Shown piece after piece: positions 37,185-45,846 of a stretch of 64,000 nt of DNA (the first letter of the stretch is position 1; the number at the start of each line of letters is the position of its first letter). Source of the stretch: Patescibacteria group bacterium (lineage in GTDB: Bacteria > Patescibacteriota > Microgenomatia > Levybacterales > UBA12049); NCBI GenBank assembly GCA_023485865.1, contig JAMCZC010000002.1:1000-64999 (forward strand), read 5' to 3'. Under the pieces are notes generated by a model that saw only the letters and a list, made by a program, of their open reading frames with translations, did no database searches and had not been told where the DNA came from. Both the position numbers and the translations under genes were made by a program.

Positions 37185-37330
37185 TTTCGGGTGAAGAGGG
37201 TGGAATTCCCTCGCTGTGCCGCAACTGTATAGTCAGAACCCCGTTCTGCAAAGCAGAATTTGCAGAGAAAAATCTTCCGAGCAGAAGTGCATTTTTATTT
37301 TACACAACTTCTCGGAATGGGGAGTTTTTT
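37185..37330 (+). promoter_or_regulatory. Candidate cobalamin riboswitch (B12 element) in 5' leader of gene 37332..38444
   Basis: Contains GAGGG-UGGAAUU-CCCUC (the GGUGnnAAnUCC hairpin of B12 elements). This is followed by GCUGUGCCGCAACUGUA, matching the conserved GCUGnnCCGCAACnGUAA junction, then AGUCAGAACCCCG resembling the B12-box AGYCMGGAGACCKGCC. Called from memory of the consensus; not verified by a covariance model. Confidence 0.4.
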
Positions 37331-37331
37331 T

Positions 37332-38444
37332 ATGGCCGAAGCGCAATCTTACAATTACCAAAGACCAAGGGAGCTTGCCGATTCTAAAAATTTTGCCGTT
37401 GAGTACGCACCGATTGTTAACAGAAGAGAAATAGAAGACGATATCATTGCTTATCTTGGTGAATTCAGATTTGGATTAAAGAAATCCGATTATCGTTTGG
37501 TATTTTCTCGCACAGACGATGAGGGTTGGAGACTTCGTGACCCCCACAGGCTGGAATCAATGGCAATTAAAGCGCAAAGGGCGATAACAGAAAGAAGACA
37601 ACGGGGGGAAATTACGCCTAGGGAAACAGCGGAGGCTAGTGGTCTTAATTTTTTAGATCAACAGTTGCAAACTGCAAGCGAAGAGGGTTCAATCGTTTGG
37701 GCCAGTCCGCCGGGAGCAGAAAGCCAAGGCTACGGAGATTATGGATTCTTCTACATCGGACAAATTGGGAGAATGATTGCCAACAGAAGAGAAGTTGCAA
37801 TGACGGCAATCAGAGTTAACGGAAGAAGCCTTCCTGATTATGAAAAAGCTTTTAAAAGGTTGTCCGGAATTGACTTCAAATTTAAAAACCCGGAAGATTT
37901 TTTAAGAATGCCGGTGATTTTAAATGACAGTTTGCCTAAAGAGCTTATTGACAGTACTCTGGGTACTATTTTTCCAAATCAAGAAAATGTAAGCGACAAT
38001 TCGGTTGAATTTCAGTTAGCTATTGCAAGAATAAAAAATAGAATAGGAGAATTCATAGATTATTGTGCTTTTGCAACTCCGACCGAAAAAGCTAAAGCTT
38101 TTCATGCCTTAGAGAATTATTTTCTTGAGGTTAGAGAAGAGATTAGATCCGGAAAAACAGTTGTTTATCAAAAGAAACGGGAGTTCAAACAGTTGGTTGC
38201 TGACTATGGTAGCAGAAAAACTCCTGAAGTTAAAGGAAGCTGTCCTATCTCAAGCCAGAACCCTTTAAATAGCAGTAACATTTTTAATGGTGGATTTGAA
38301 GCTTTGAACAACCTAATAAACCAGGAATGGTTTACTTGTCCCAAATGTCATTACAAAGCAGACGGGCCGGTTGGAAATACCTGTCCAGGTTGTGGTTTGA
38401 CAAAGGAGGCTTATGCGCAAGAATCAGGGCAAATCTGCGAGTGA
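37332..38444 (+). CDS. hypothetical protein with C-terminal Zn-ribbon (CPKCHYK...CPGCG)
   Basis: ATG at 37332 with GGGGAG SD 9 nt upstream. The ORF-track N-terminal extension would overlap the structured leader. No family recognised. Confidence 0.5.
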   Translation: MAEAQSYNYQRPRELADSKNFAVEYAPIVNRREIEDDIIAYLGEFRFGLKKSDYRLVFSRTDDEGWRLRDPHRLESMAIKAQRAITERRQRGEITPRETAEASGLNFLDQQLQTASEEGSIVWASPPGAESQGYGDYGFFYIGQIGRMIANRREVAMTAIRVNGRSLPDYEKAFKRLSGIDFKFKNPEDFLRMPVILNDSLPKELIDSTLGTIFPNQENVSDNSVEFQLAIARIKNRIGEFIDYCAFATPTEKAKAFHALENYFLEVREEIRSGKTVVYQKKREFKQLVADYGSRKTPEVKGSCPISSQNPLNSSNIFNGGFEALNNLINQEWFTCPKCHYKADGPVGNTCPGCGLTKEAYAQESGQICE

Positions 38445-38488
38445 GAGTTCATTGTCGAAGACCTTCAATCGTGTTATGATTATTATGT

Positions 38489-38896
38489 ATGGATGATACG
38501 TCTCAAAAGCAAAATCAACATCAAGTTCAAGGTCAAAATCAAACCCAACAACCTGTAAGTCCCGTAAGCACTCCTCAAAAAGAGGTTGAAGCGGCCCCTG
38601 TTAGTGACTATATTGTGCCTTCGGAGGTAACGCCTAGAATCGAAAAGGAAGTTTCTGAAGCGGGAGTCAAAGAAGTGGGTAAGGCTCCACAACTTACAGA
38701 AGAGCATTTTAAAACCGGGATTAAGCATGCGCCGGAGTCAACTCCGGTTCCAAAAGAACCAACGGGAGCAGTTAAATTGCCAATGACGAAAAGCCAAGCA
38801 GAGCAACAAGCTAAAGGAAATCCCGACGACGCTGCTACTTGGCTTGCGAATTTTATTTTAAGACTGTTAAAGAAAATGCGACTGGTAAATAATTAA
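38489..38896 (+). CDS. Gln/Pro-rich low-complexity small protein with C-terminal amphipathic helix (hypothetical)
   Basis: 135 aa, QNQHQVQGQNQTQQP... Ends 4 nt before the ATPase gene and is probably co-transcribed. Confidence 0.45.
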   Translation: MDDTSQKQNQHQVQGQNQTQQPVSPVSTPQKEVEAAPVSDYIVPSEVTPRIEKEVSEAGVKEVGKAPQLTEEHFKTGIKHAPESTPVPKEPTGAVKLPMTKSQAEQQAKGNPDDAATWLANFILRLLKKMRLVNN

Positions 38897-38899
38897 AGT

Positions 38900-41272
38900 A
38901 TGTTTTTACGAACTTTTTCTCTGGACAATTTGATGTCTCTTTTTATTTCCTTATTGATTGGTCTTTTTATTGCGGCCATTTTAGTTTTGCTTTTGGTTTT
39001 GCTGTCTTATGTTTTTGTTCTTTGGTATAGAAATAGAGACAGAGAAAGGCAGTCTTTAGAATCGACTCTTTTACAAGTTACTCTTCCCAGGGACAACGAG
39101 ATAAAAATCGATGCGGCAGAGCAGCTTTTTTCAAGTTTTGGCTCAATGAGAAAAGGCGGAAGGCTGTCTTTTTTAAAGCTTCAGCCCCATTTGTCTTTTG
39201 AAATTGTCGGAATGCCGGGAGATATCCGTTTTTACGTTAACACCCCTAATAAATTTAAAGATTTAGTTGAAAAACAAATAAACGGAGCATATCCTGATGC
39301 GGAGATTAAGGTAGTCGATGAAAAATCCCAGAAGCCGGGTTATGTCTTAGGCAACGAATATAATATTTTTGCCGACAATGCCAAGGTTGCTTTTGCAAGC
39401 CTTAGACTCAAAAGTTCAAACTACGCACCGATAAAAGTATTTAAGGATTTGCCAACAGACCCCCTGTCTTCAATTACTTCAGTTCTGGCAAAAATGACTT
39501 TGGGGGAGGGAGCGGCAATTCAGGTCTTAATCAGTCCTGCCGATTCAAAATGGAAAAAAATGGGAAGAAAGTACATTGCCAGAACAAAAAAGAACGAGTC
39601 AAATCCCGAGACGGCAAAGTATTCGGCAGATCCAAAAGAGCTTGAGGGAATAGAAAATAAAATAGGCAAACCCGGGTTTAATACGGTTGTAAGAATTGTT
39701 GTTTCTTCAAGCTCCGTGGAGGCTGCTTCTGCGCATCTTGGTAATATAACCAGTGCCTTTTCCCAATTTGACGGGGCAAATTCATTCACTAAAAACAAGC
39801 ATCGGTTTAAAGGAATGTTTATGACAGATTTTATCTATAGATTTTTGCCGATGAGAGGGCAAACGTCGGTTTTAACCAGCGAAGAATTGGCAACAATTTT
39901 TCATTTCCCAAATAAAAGTGTTTCAACGCCTCATATCTTTTGGATTTCCTCCAAAAGAGCACCTGCTCCGGCTCAAATTCCGGACAGCGGTTTATACCTT
40001 GGAATGAGTACTTTTAGAGGCTTGAGCAGGCCTGTTTATATGCAAAGAGATGACAGAAGAAGGCATATGTATGTAATTGGAAAAACCGGTGTCGGAAAAT
40101 CGGAATTTCTAAAAGATATGATTTTGCAGGATATTAAAAACGGGGAAGGGGTTTGTTTTATAGACCCTCACGACACAATAGACAAACTGTTGCCGCTTAT
40201 TCCGCCCGAGCGAGCCGAAGACGTAATCCTTTTTGACCCTTCGGATACCGACAGGCCGATGGGTTTGAATATGCTTGAGGCAAATACCGAATCGGAAAAA
40301 CATTACGTTGTCTCATCAATTGTCGGTCTTATGTACAAACTTTACGATCCCAATAAAACAGGTATTATCGGGCCTCGTTTTGAACACGCAATAAGAAACG
40401 CAATGTTAACCGTAATGTATGAAAAAGGCAGTACTTTTGTCGAGGTTGTAAGAGCTTTGACAGACGCAACTTTTGTCCAGGAGCTTTTGCCAAAAGTTCA
40501 GGACCCTATTATCAGACGTTATTGGACAGACCAGATTGCCCAGACTTCAGACTTTCACAAATCCGAAGTTTTAGATTACATTGTTTCCAAATTCGGCCGT
40601 TTTGTTACCAATAAAATGATGAGAAACATTATCGGCCAATCTTCCTCGGCTTTTGATTTTAGAAAAGTTATGGATGAGGGAAAAATTCTTTTAGTTTCTC
40701 TTTCTAAAGGGAAAATAGGAGAGGAAAATGCCAGCTTTTTAGGCTTAATTCTGGTCCCTAAAATTTTGGTGGCCGCAATGAGCAGGCAAGATATCCCTGA
40801 AGAACAAAGACGGGATTTCTTTCTGTATGTTGACGAGTTCCAAAACTTCGCCACTCCCGATTTTGCCCAAATATTGTCGGAGGCAAGAAAATACAGGCTT
40901 GATTTAATTGTTGCCAATCAGTTTATCGGGCAAATGGACGAAGAGGTTAAGAACGCAATTTTTGGCAATGTCGGAACGCTTGTTTCTTTTAGGGTAGGAG
41001 TAACGGATGCAAATTATCTTGCGCATGAATTCCAGCCGACTTTTACGGAAGCCGATTTAATCAATGTAGACGTCTACAATACTTATGTTAAAACAATAGT
41101 GCATAATGAACCGGTTACGCCTTTTTCTATGGATTTAACCCGTGATATGAGTAAAGAAAAAGATCTTGCCAATCCAAGAGTGGCAGAGTTAATAAGAGAG
41201 CTTTCAAGGCTAAAATTCGGTAAAGATGTCCGAACGATAGAAGGAGAAATTGCCCAAAGAGCCAGGCTCTAA
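38900..41272 (+). CDS. Type-IV-secretion coupling-protein-like ATPase (VirD4/TraG/TraD-VirB4 superfamily) with N-terminal TM anchor
   Basis: 790 aa. N-terminal TM helix. Walker A GKTGVGKSEF. Walker B FFLYVDEFQNF, followed by RKYRLDLIVANQFIGQ...IFGNVGTLVSFRV, the pattern seen after the DEF box in TraG/VirD4-type T4CPs. Subfamily cannot be settled by eye. Confidence 0.55.
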   Translation: MFLRTFSLDNLMSLFISLLIGLFIAAILVLLLVLLSYVFVLWYRNRDRERQSLESTLLQVTLPRDNEIKIDAAEQLFSSFGSMRKGGRLSFLKLQPHLSFEIVGMPGDIRFYVNTPNKFKDLVEKQINGAYPDAEIKVVDEKSQKPGYVLGNEYNIFADNAKVAFASLRLKSSNYAPIKVFKDLPTDPLSSITSVLAKMTLGEGAAIQVLISPADSKWKKMGRKYIARTKKNESNPETAKYSADPKELEGIENKIGKPGFNTVVRIVVSSSSVEAASAHLGNITSAFSQFDGANSFTKNKHRFKGMFMTDFIYRFLPMRGQTSVLTSEELATIFHFPNKSVSTPHIFWISSKRAPAPAQIPDSGLYLGMSTFRGLSRPVYMQRDDRRRHMYVIGKTGVGKSEFLKDMILQDIKNGEGVCFIDPHDTIDKLLPLIPPERAEDVILFDPSDTDRPMGLNMLEANTESEKHYVVSSIVGLMYKLYDPNKTGIIGPRFEHAIRNAMLTVMYEKGSTFVEVVRALTDATFVQELLPKVQDPIIRRYWTDQIAQTSDFHKSEVLDYIVSKFGRFVTNKMMRNIIGQSSSAFDFRKVMDEGKILLVSLSKGKIGEENASFLGLILVPKILVAAMSRQDIPEEQRRDFFLYVDEFQNFATPDFAQILSEARKYRLDLIVANQFIGQMDEEVKNAIFGNVGTLVSFRVGVTDANYLAHEFQPTFTEADLINVDVYNTYVKTIVHNEPVTPFSMDLTRDMSKEKDLANPRVAELIRELSRLKFGKDVRTIEGEIAQRARL

Positions 41273-41297
41273 AATGATTAATGATTAAGGATTAAAG
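41272..41297 (+). repeat. Variant copy of the 26-nt AATGAT(A/T)AATGATTAAGGATTAA(T/A)GA motif
   Basis: AATGATTAATGATTAAGGATTAAAGA immediately after the ATPase stop codon; 24/26 identical to the other two copies. Confidence 0.5.
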
Positions 41298-41358
41298 AAA
41301 TTTAAATTCCTCGATTATTCTTGCCTAATTAAGAGCCATTTGTTAAAATCGTTTTGTT

Positions 41359-41431
41359 GGAGCTGTAGTTCATCGGTCAGAACGCGACTCTTATAAAGTC
41401 GATGCAGATGGTTCAACTCCATCCAGCTCCA
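41359..41431 (+). tRNA. tRNA with anticodon UAU (tRNA-Ile decoding AUA)
   Basis: Acceptor GGAGCTG/CAGCTCC. D-stem GTTC/GAAC. Anticodon stem-loop CGACT-CTTATAA-AGTCG with U33 and anticodon T-A-T. T-arm GATGG-TTCAACT-CCATC. Discriminator A. No CCA. Confidence 0.7.
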
Positions 41432-41523
41432 CAAGCAGATGTTCTTGCCTGCCCTTCCGAAGTTTTAACGAAGGAGGGGTTCGAACCCAAGCAGACGCAC
41501 CGCGTCAAACGCTGCTTCGCCTA

Positions 41524-42390
41524 TTAGAGTTCGGTAAGCGCGGCGCCTTCTTTGCTTTTTCCAACCTCTCCGACGTATTGAAGATATCTTTCGGTTGTTG
41601 AAAGTCTTTTGTGTCCTAAAACTTTGGACAAAACAATTAATGAAACGCCGTGTTTTAAGTGGTGGGCGACAAAAGTGTGCCTCAAATCGTTAACTTTCGC
41701 TTCTCTTATTTCTGCTAAGCGGAAATATCTTTCAACAGCCGTTCTAATATTTCTTATCAAAAACGGCTTGCCGGATTTTGTTATGAACAAATGGTCCTCT
41801 TTAACGCTTGGCCGAATATTCATGTACCTAGTTAAAGCTTCCCTGGCGCTTTTATTAAGGGGAACAATTCTGTCTTCATGCTTTTCAAAAGGAGCTATGT
41901 GCAGGCTGTCTTTGGTAACATCCGAAAGTCTTAAGTTTGAAAGCTCGCCGATTCTAATCCCCGTTTGTAAAAGAAGCTCTATAATTGCAAACATTCTCGG
42001 GTCGTTTTTTGCGGCGTCTCTTAATGCCCTATATTCTGTTGGGGTTAAGATTCGCGGGGGCGCCAGCTGATATTTGGGGTGGGATACCAAAAGGGAGGGG
42101 TCATCCGTAACGTATTCGTTTACTTTTAAAAATCGATAAAAGGTTCTGGTTGAATTTATTTTTCTTGAAATTGATTTAGGTGTATAGTTATCCTTGCTCA
42201 TTTTGGCTAGAAAAGCTTCGATGTCTTCCTTAGATACCTCGTGGACCTCGTTTCTTTGCAGTTCTTCCAGGAACGAAAGTAATTGGTCAATATCTTTTCC
42301 GTACGCAATTACGGTGGAGTTTGATTTATTATTTTCCTTTAAATATTTTTTAAATTCTTCGTGGGCATCGCGAAGCTTAATCGGCTTCAT
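41524..42390 (-). CDS. Tyrosine site-specific recombinase (XerC/XerD-like)
   Basis: 288 aa. N-terminal SAM-like core-binding domain. C-terminal catalytic residues within LRHTFVAHHLKHGVSLIVLSKVLGHKRLSTTERYLQY (H-x-x-R ... Y). Its size suits Xer better than a phage integrase. Lies ~90 nt from the tRNA 3' end. Confidence 0.7.
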   Translation of the reverse strand: MKPIKLRDAHEEFKKYLKENNKSNSTVIAYGKDIDQLLSFLEELQRNEVHEVSKEDIEAFLAKMSKDNYTPKSISRKINSTRTFYRFLKVNEYVTDDPSLLVSHPKYQLAPPRILTPTEYRALRDAAKNDPRMFAIIELLLQTGIRIGELSNLRLSDVTKDSLHIAPFEKHEDRIVPLNKSAREALTRYMNIRPSVKEDHLFITKSGKPFLIRNIRTAVERYFRLAEIREAKVNDLRHTFVAHHLKHGVSLIVLSKVLGHKRLSTTERYLQYVGEVGKSKEGAALTEL

Positions 42391-42522
42391 ATTTCAATTC
42401 CTTCAATATTCCCTTGAGCTTGTCGACGGGTCATAGTGTCCTATAATATCACTAATTTGGGTTATAGTCAAGGCCAAGAATTTAGGAATCTTTGAAATGT
42501 GCTAGTATGTTTAAAGATAAAT

Positions 42523-42858
42523 ATGCTAAAAAAAGCCATCTTTATAGTTGTTGTAATCGTTCTTTTGGTTATTATTAATAACCTTGTGCGTTCCATTTAT
42601 GATATTTGGAGTAAGCAAGACTTATTAAATCAGGCTCAAAAAGAATTAACCAGGGAAGAGCAGAAAAACCAAAAACTAAAAGCGGAATTGTCTTTCGTCC
42701 AAACTCCTAAATTTATCGAAGAAGAGGCAAGGAATAAGCTGTTTTTAGTAAAACCGGGAGAACAGCAAGTGTTAATACCAAATAAATCTACGGAAAGCTC
42801 AAAAAAGCAGGAGGTTCAAATCCCTAATTGGCAAAAATGGCTCAATTTGTTCTTTTAA
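42523..42858 (+). CDS. FtsB/DivIC-like septum formation initiator
   Basis: N-terminal TM, coiled-coil, then EEEARNKLFLVKPGEQQVLIP, the conserved FtsB/DivIC C-terminal motif. Start moved to MLKKAIF. Confidence 0.55.
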   Translation: MLKKAIFIVVVIVLLVIINNLVRSIYDIWSKQDLLNQAQKELTREEQKNQKLKAELSFVQTPKFIEEEARNKLFLVKPGEQQVLIPNKSTESSKKQEVQIPNWQKWLNLFF

Positions 42859-43849
42859 CCGGTCCGACAGGGAAGATTTCAACTCGCTCCGCATCTGCCG
42901 GTTTAGGTTTTTTATTCTCAGGATGAACTTTCTGCCAAATACCCCTAAGCTTAGCATGGATTTTAAGAAAGGGAACAGCAAATGAGGCCTCATCTATTTT
43001 GCCGTTAAGTTTGTACACGTCAAATGGGAGATTCATGCCTAAGACGGTCCACACATGTCCTTTGTCTGTTCTGGTTTCTCTATTTTTTTGTTCCAGCACA
43101 TTGTAATCAAAGCCAGGCATATTGATAACTAATTTTTTTAATAATTCATAGGGTGGATACAAAAGTCCAAATCTGGAAAATTTCCATCTTCTGTAGAGAT
43201 GCGCATAATGATTGTGTTCGTGTTCGACATAAACAGGCTCTTGGTATACTACTCCGGTTGGGTGGGTTTTTATTCTTACATAATCTCTGCTGAATTTATG
43301 AGCGCCTTTTTCTTTTATAATGTCTTCAACAGATTTAAATTCAACGCCTTCCTTTCCCGGAGTTCTGCGAAGAAATGAGAGGAAGCCTTTTAAATAACCC
43401 ATTATTGATTTAGGATTGTGGTTTATCCCATCCGGATGGTTAAATAACCATTTAATTGTTCTAAAATGTGTTCCGTGCGCAATATCTATCGTTTTTATAG
43501 ATTCAGATGGTAGGGCGGCTTGAACCTCCCCCAAGGTGCTATATGCGTCTCCTTGTCTAACTATTGCTTCAGGCGGTACTTCGCGAGATTTAATATCGCT
43601 TGCCATGCTCTCGCCTTCGTTTTGATTTTGCGGCCCCCATAAGTGGCCTAACGGCAACACTATCTGCGGGGGTTTTTCGTCTCTTGCAATAGCTTGATCC
43701 GCCTGAGCTTGGTTTTCTAAAGCGGTTGCTAAATCTACAAGTCGGGTCATTAGACCTATTCCGGTTATATGTTCGCTGGGCCAATAACCGTGAGATAATA
43801 TTTTTACTCGCACTGATTCCTTGTGTTGAGTGGGTGCTTCTACTGTCAT
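42842..43849 (-). CDS. hypothetical protein (His-rich patch HEHNHYAH; possible metal-dependent enzyme)
   Basis: 335 aa clean ORF. No family recognised. Confidence 0.5.
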   Translation of the reverse strand: MTVEAPTQHKESVRVKILSHGYWPSEHITGIGLMTRLVDLATALENQAQADQAIARDEKPPQIVLPLGHLWGPQNQNEGESMASDIKSREVPPEAIVRQGDAYSTLGEVQAALPSESIKTIDIAHGTHFRTIKWLFNHPDGINHNPKSIMGYLKGFLSFLRRTPGKEGVEFKSVEDIIKEKGAHKFSRDYVRIKTHPTGVVYQEPVYVEHEHNHYAHLYRRWKFSRFGLLYPPYELLKKLVINMPGFDYNVLEQKNRETRTDKGHVWTVLGMNLPFDVYKLNGKIDEASFAVPFLKIHAKLRGIWQKVHPENKKPKPADAERVEIFPVGPVKRTN

Positions 43850-43891
43850 AGGGGGGAATTATAGCGCTGGAGTTACTATAAGTCAAATTAG

Positions 43892-43964
43892 TACCAGGGG
43901 CGAGGATCGAACTCGCGACCACCGGGATATGAATCCGGCGCTACTACCACTGAGCTACCCTGGC
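43892..43964 (-). tRNA. tRNA-Met (anticodon CAT; elongator-type, could alternatively be lysidine-modified tRNA-Ile2)
   Basis: Reverse complement: GCCAGGG-TA-GCTC-AGTGGTAG-TAGC-G-CCGGA-TTCATAT-CCCGG-TGGTC-GCGAG-TTCGATC-CTCGC-CCCTGGT-A. The 1:72 pair is G:U, not the C-A mismatch of initiators. Confidence 0.75.
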
Positions 43965-44024
43965 TTCAAAAACTATTTTATCATCTGCTTTAATTGAAAG
44001 CAATTTTATGCTACAATACACAAA

Positions 44025-44340
44025 CACGCGGGGTAGTGTACAGTGCACGTGAGGCTTAACATAATGGGCCGTTTTGATAGTAATAACAAAACAGTATTCA
44101 GCTATATCGGTGAACTCCTAAAATTTTAGGACAATACCGAGGGAAGACTCGCCTAGGCGAGAACCCGTAGAGACTACACGCTGGGCCCCCCGATTAAATC
44201 GGGGGTGAAGATATAGTCCGACACTTCAAGTAATTGAAGAAACAGATGCATAATCTCACAGGCTAGGCGCAACTCCTAGCCCCGCAACACTTCGACTCAC
44301 TTACGTTCACTCAGTGTAAGCACTTTAAGAATGAAAAGAA
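44025..44340 (+). ncRNA. Candidate structured ncRNA or long structured murD leader (unclassified)
   Basis: ~320 nt with no ORF over 20 codons. GC content is clearly above the surrounding intergenic DNA. Promoter-like TGcTACAAT at 44009..44017. At least five strong hairpins, including CUUCAA-GUAA-UUGAAG (GNRA loop), CCCCCG-AUUAAAU-CGGGGG, GGCUAGG-CGCAACU-CCUAGCC and CUCGC-CUAG-GCGAG. Does not fit RNase P, SRP, tmRNA or 6S consensus by eye. Confidence 0.35.
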
Positions 44341-44371
44341 TGAAGTGAGTTTTTATTGTATAATTGGGCGT

Positions 44372-45724
44372 ATGGATTTTAAAAATTCCAGATCTGCCTT
44401 TGGCGGAAAGAAAATTGCAGTGATAGGGGAAGGTCTGGAGGGCATATCGAGCGCTAAGTATTTAAAAAAGCACGGCGCTGATGTTAATATCTTAGACCAA
44501 AAGCAAGGAAAGGACTACCTAGAAAATTTAGATAAATACGATTTAATTGTCAGAAGCCCGGGTGTCAAGATTTCTGATTTAGAAAAGTATGTTCCTAAAG
44601 GGAAAATTACTTCTCAAACAAGAATTTTTATGGAGCTTTGTCCTTGTAAAATAATCGGAGTAACGGGAACAAAAGGAAAAGGAACCACATCCTCTTTAAT
44701 CTACGAAATGCTTAAAAAACAATCCTCCTTCGCCAAGGCTTCAGGGGATAGGGGCTTTGATGTGTATTTAGGTGGTAATATTGGTAAGCCTCCATTAGAG
44801 TTTTTGGATAAATTAAATGTTCAATCGATAGTTGTCCTGGAGTTATCTAGTTTTCAGCTTTTAGACCTTACCCAAAGTCCTCATATTGCCGTAATGCTTA
44901 TGACAACCAGCGAACATCTTGATTACCATCAAGATGTTGATGAGTATGTTGATGCGAAACGAAACATTTTAAAATTTCAAACCGAAAATGACTTTGCTAT
45001 CGTTAACAGAGATTATCCTGCCAGTAACGAATCGGATATTCATACAAACGGTAAAGTATTTTATGTAAGCACAGAAAGAAATGGATACGAGGGATGTTCT
45101 GTGAAAAAGAATGCAGTTTTTCTAAAACTAAACGGAAAAGAAGAGAGGGTTATTGACGCTTCGCAAATTCTTTTGCCCGGGAAACACAATCTGGAAAATG
45201 TCTGCGCAGCTTCTATGGCTGCATATTTGGCTGGGGTTTCGGTTCAAAATATTGCCTATGTTCTAAAAACTTTTAAAGGCCTTGAGCATAGGCTGGAACT
45301 TGTTGCGGAAGTTAACGGCGTTAAATATTATGATGATTCTTTTTCAACAATTCCAGAGACAACAATAGCAGCTATAAATGCTTTTAAAAATCCGGAGATT
45401 TTAATTCTTGGAGGATCAAGCAAAAGCAGTAATTTTAAAGAATTAGGAGAGGTTATTGCAAAAGCGGAAAATATAAAAGCAATAATAGGCATTGGGGTTG
45501 AATGGGGAAAAATAAAATCAAAAATCAAAAATCAAAAATCAAAAATCCTTTTAGTTGAAGGAGCAGATAGTATGGAAAAAATAGTCAAAGCAGCTTCAAA
45601 AATCGCCTTGCCGGGAGACTTAGTTTTGTTAACACCTGCCTGCGCCTCTTTTGATATGTTTAAAAACTATAAAGACAGAGGAAGCCAGTTTAAGTCGGAA
45701 GTTTTAAAACTTAAAACTCCCTAA
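44372..45724 (+). CDS. murD: UDP-N-acetylmuramoylalanine--D-glutamate ligase
   Basis: KKIAVIGEGLEGISSAKYL, IIGVTGTKGKGTTSSLIYEML (Mur ligase P-loop). In-frame 7-nt repeat at 45512..45548 encoding KIKSKIKNQKSKI. Start set at MDFKNS; the track start is an upstream GTG. Confidence 0.85.
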   Translation: MDFKNSRSAFGGKKIAVIGEGLEGISSAKYLKKHGADVNILDQKQGKDYLENLDKYDLIVRSPGVKISDLEKYVPKGKITSQTRIFMELCPCKIIGVTGTKGKGTTSSLIYEMLKKQSSFAKASGDRGFDVYLGGNIGKPPLEFLDKLNVQSIVVLELSSFQLLDLTQSPHIAVMLMTTSEHLDYHQDVDEYVDAKRNILKFQTENDFAIVNRDYPASNESDIHTNGKVFYVSTERNGYEGCSVKKNAVFLKLNGKEERVIDASQILLPGKHNLENVCAASMAAYLAGVSVQNIAYVLKTFKGLEHRLELVAEVNGVKYYDDSFSTIPETTIAAINAFKNPEILILGGSSKSSNFKELGEVIAKAENIKAIIGIGVEWGKIKSKIKNQKSKILLVEGADSMEKIVKAASKIALPGDLVLLTPACASFDMFKNYKDRGSQFKSEVLKLKTP

Positions 45725-45846
45725 ATTTTCAATTTCAAATTTTTAATTTTTAATGAATTTCCAATGACCCAATTTTAAAATTAAAGAATTTAAATATATT
45801 TAATCTGTGTTTTTAATATTTAATTTTTGATATTTAATATTGAATT

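Noticed and set aside
38900-41272. Firm assignment of the ATPase as VirB4 versus VirD4
   Set aside because: N-terminal TM plus the DEF-box/NQ pattern favours a coupling-protein-like fold, but its size (790 aa) is VirB4-like. Cannot discriminate without profile searches, so reported at superfamily level.
41440-41523. Possible second tRNA between tRNA(UAU) and the recombinase
   Set aside because: It contains a GGGGTTCGAACCC T-loop-like core, but I could not build a complete cloverleaf on either strand. The T-stem has only 3 bp and no acceptor pairing. Treated as a tRNA-derived remnant or att-like fragment, not a gene.
44025-44340. RNase P RNA / SRP RNA / 6S RNA identity for the structured intergenic region
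   Set aside because: The P4-forming GGAAAGUCCGG...ACAGAACCCGGCUUA motifs of RNase P are not present in the right order. The SRP domain-IV motif is absent. No tag ORF or tRNA-like end for tmRNA. Kept only as an unclassified ncRNA candidate.
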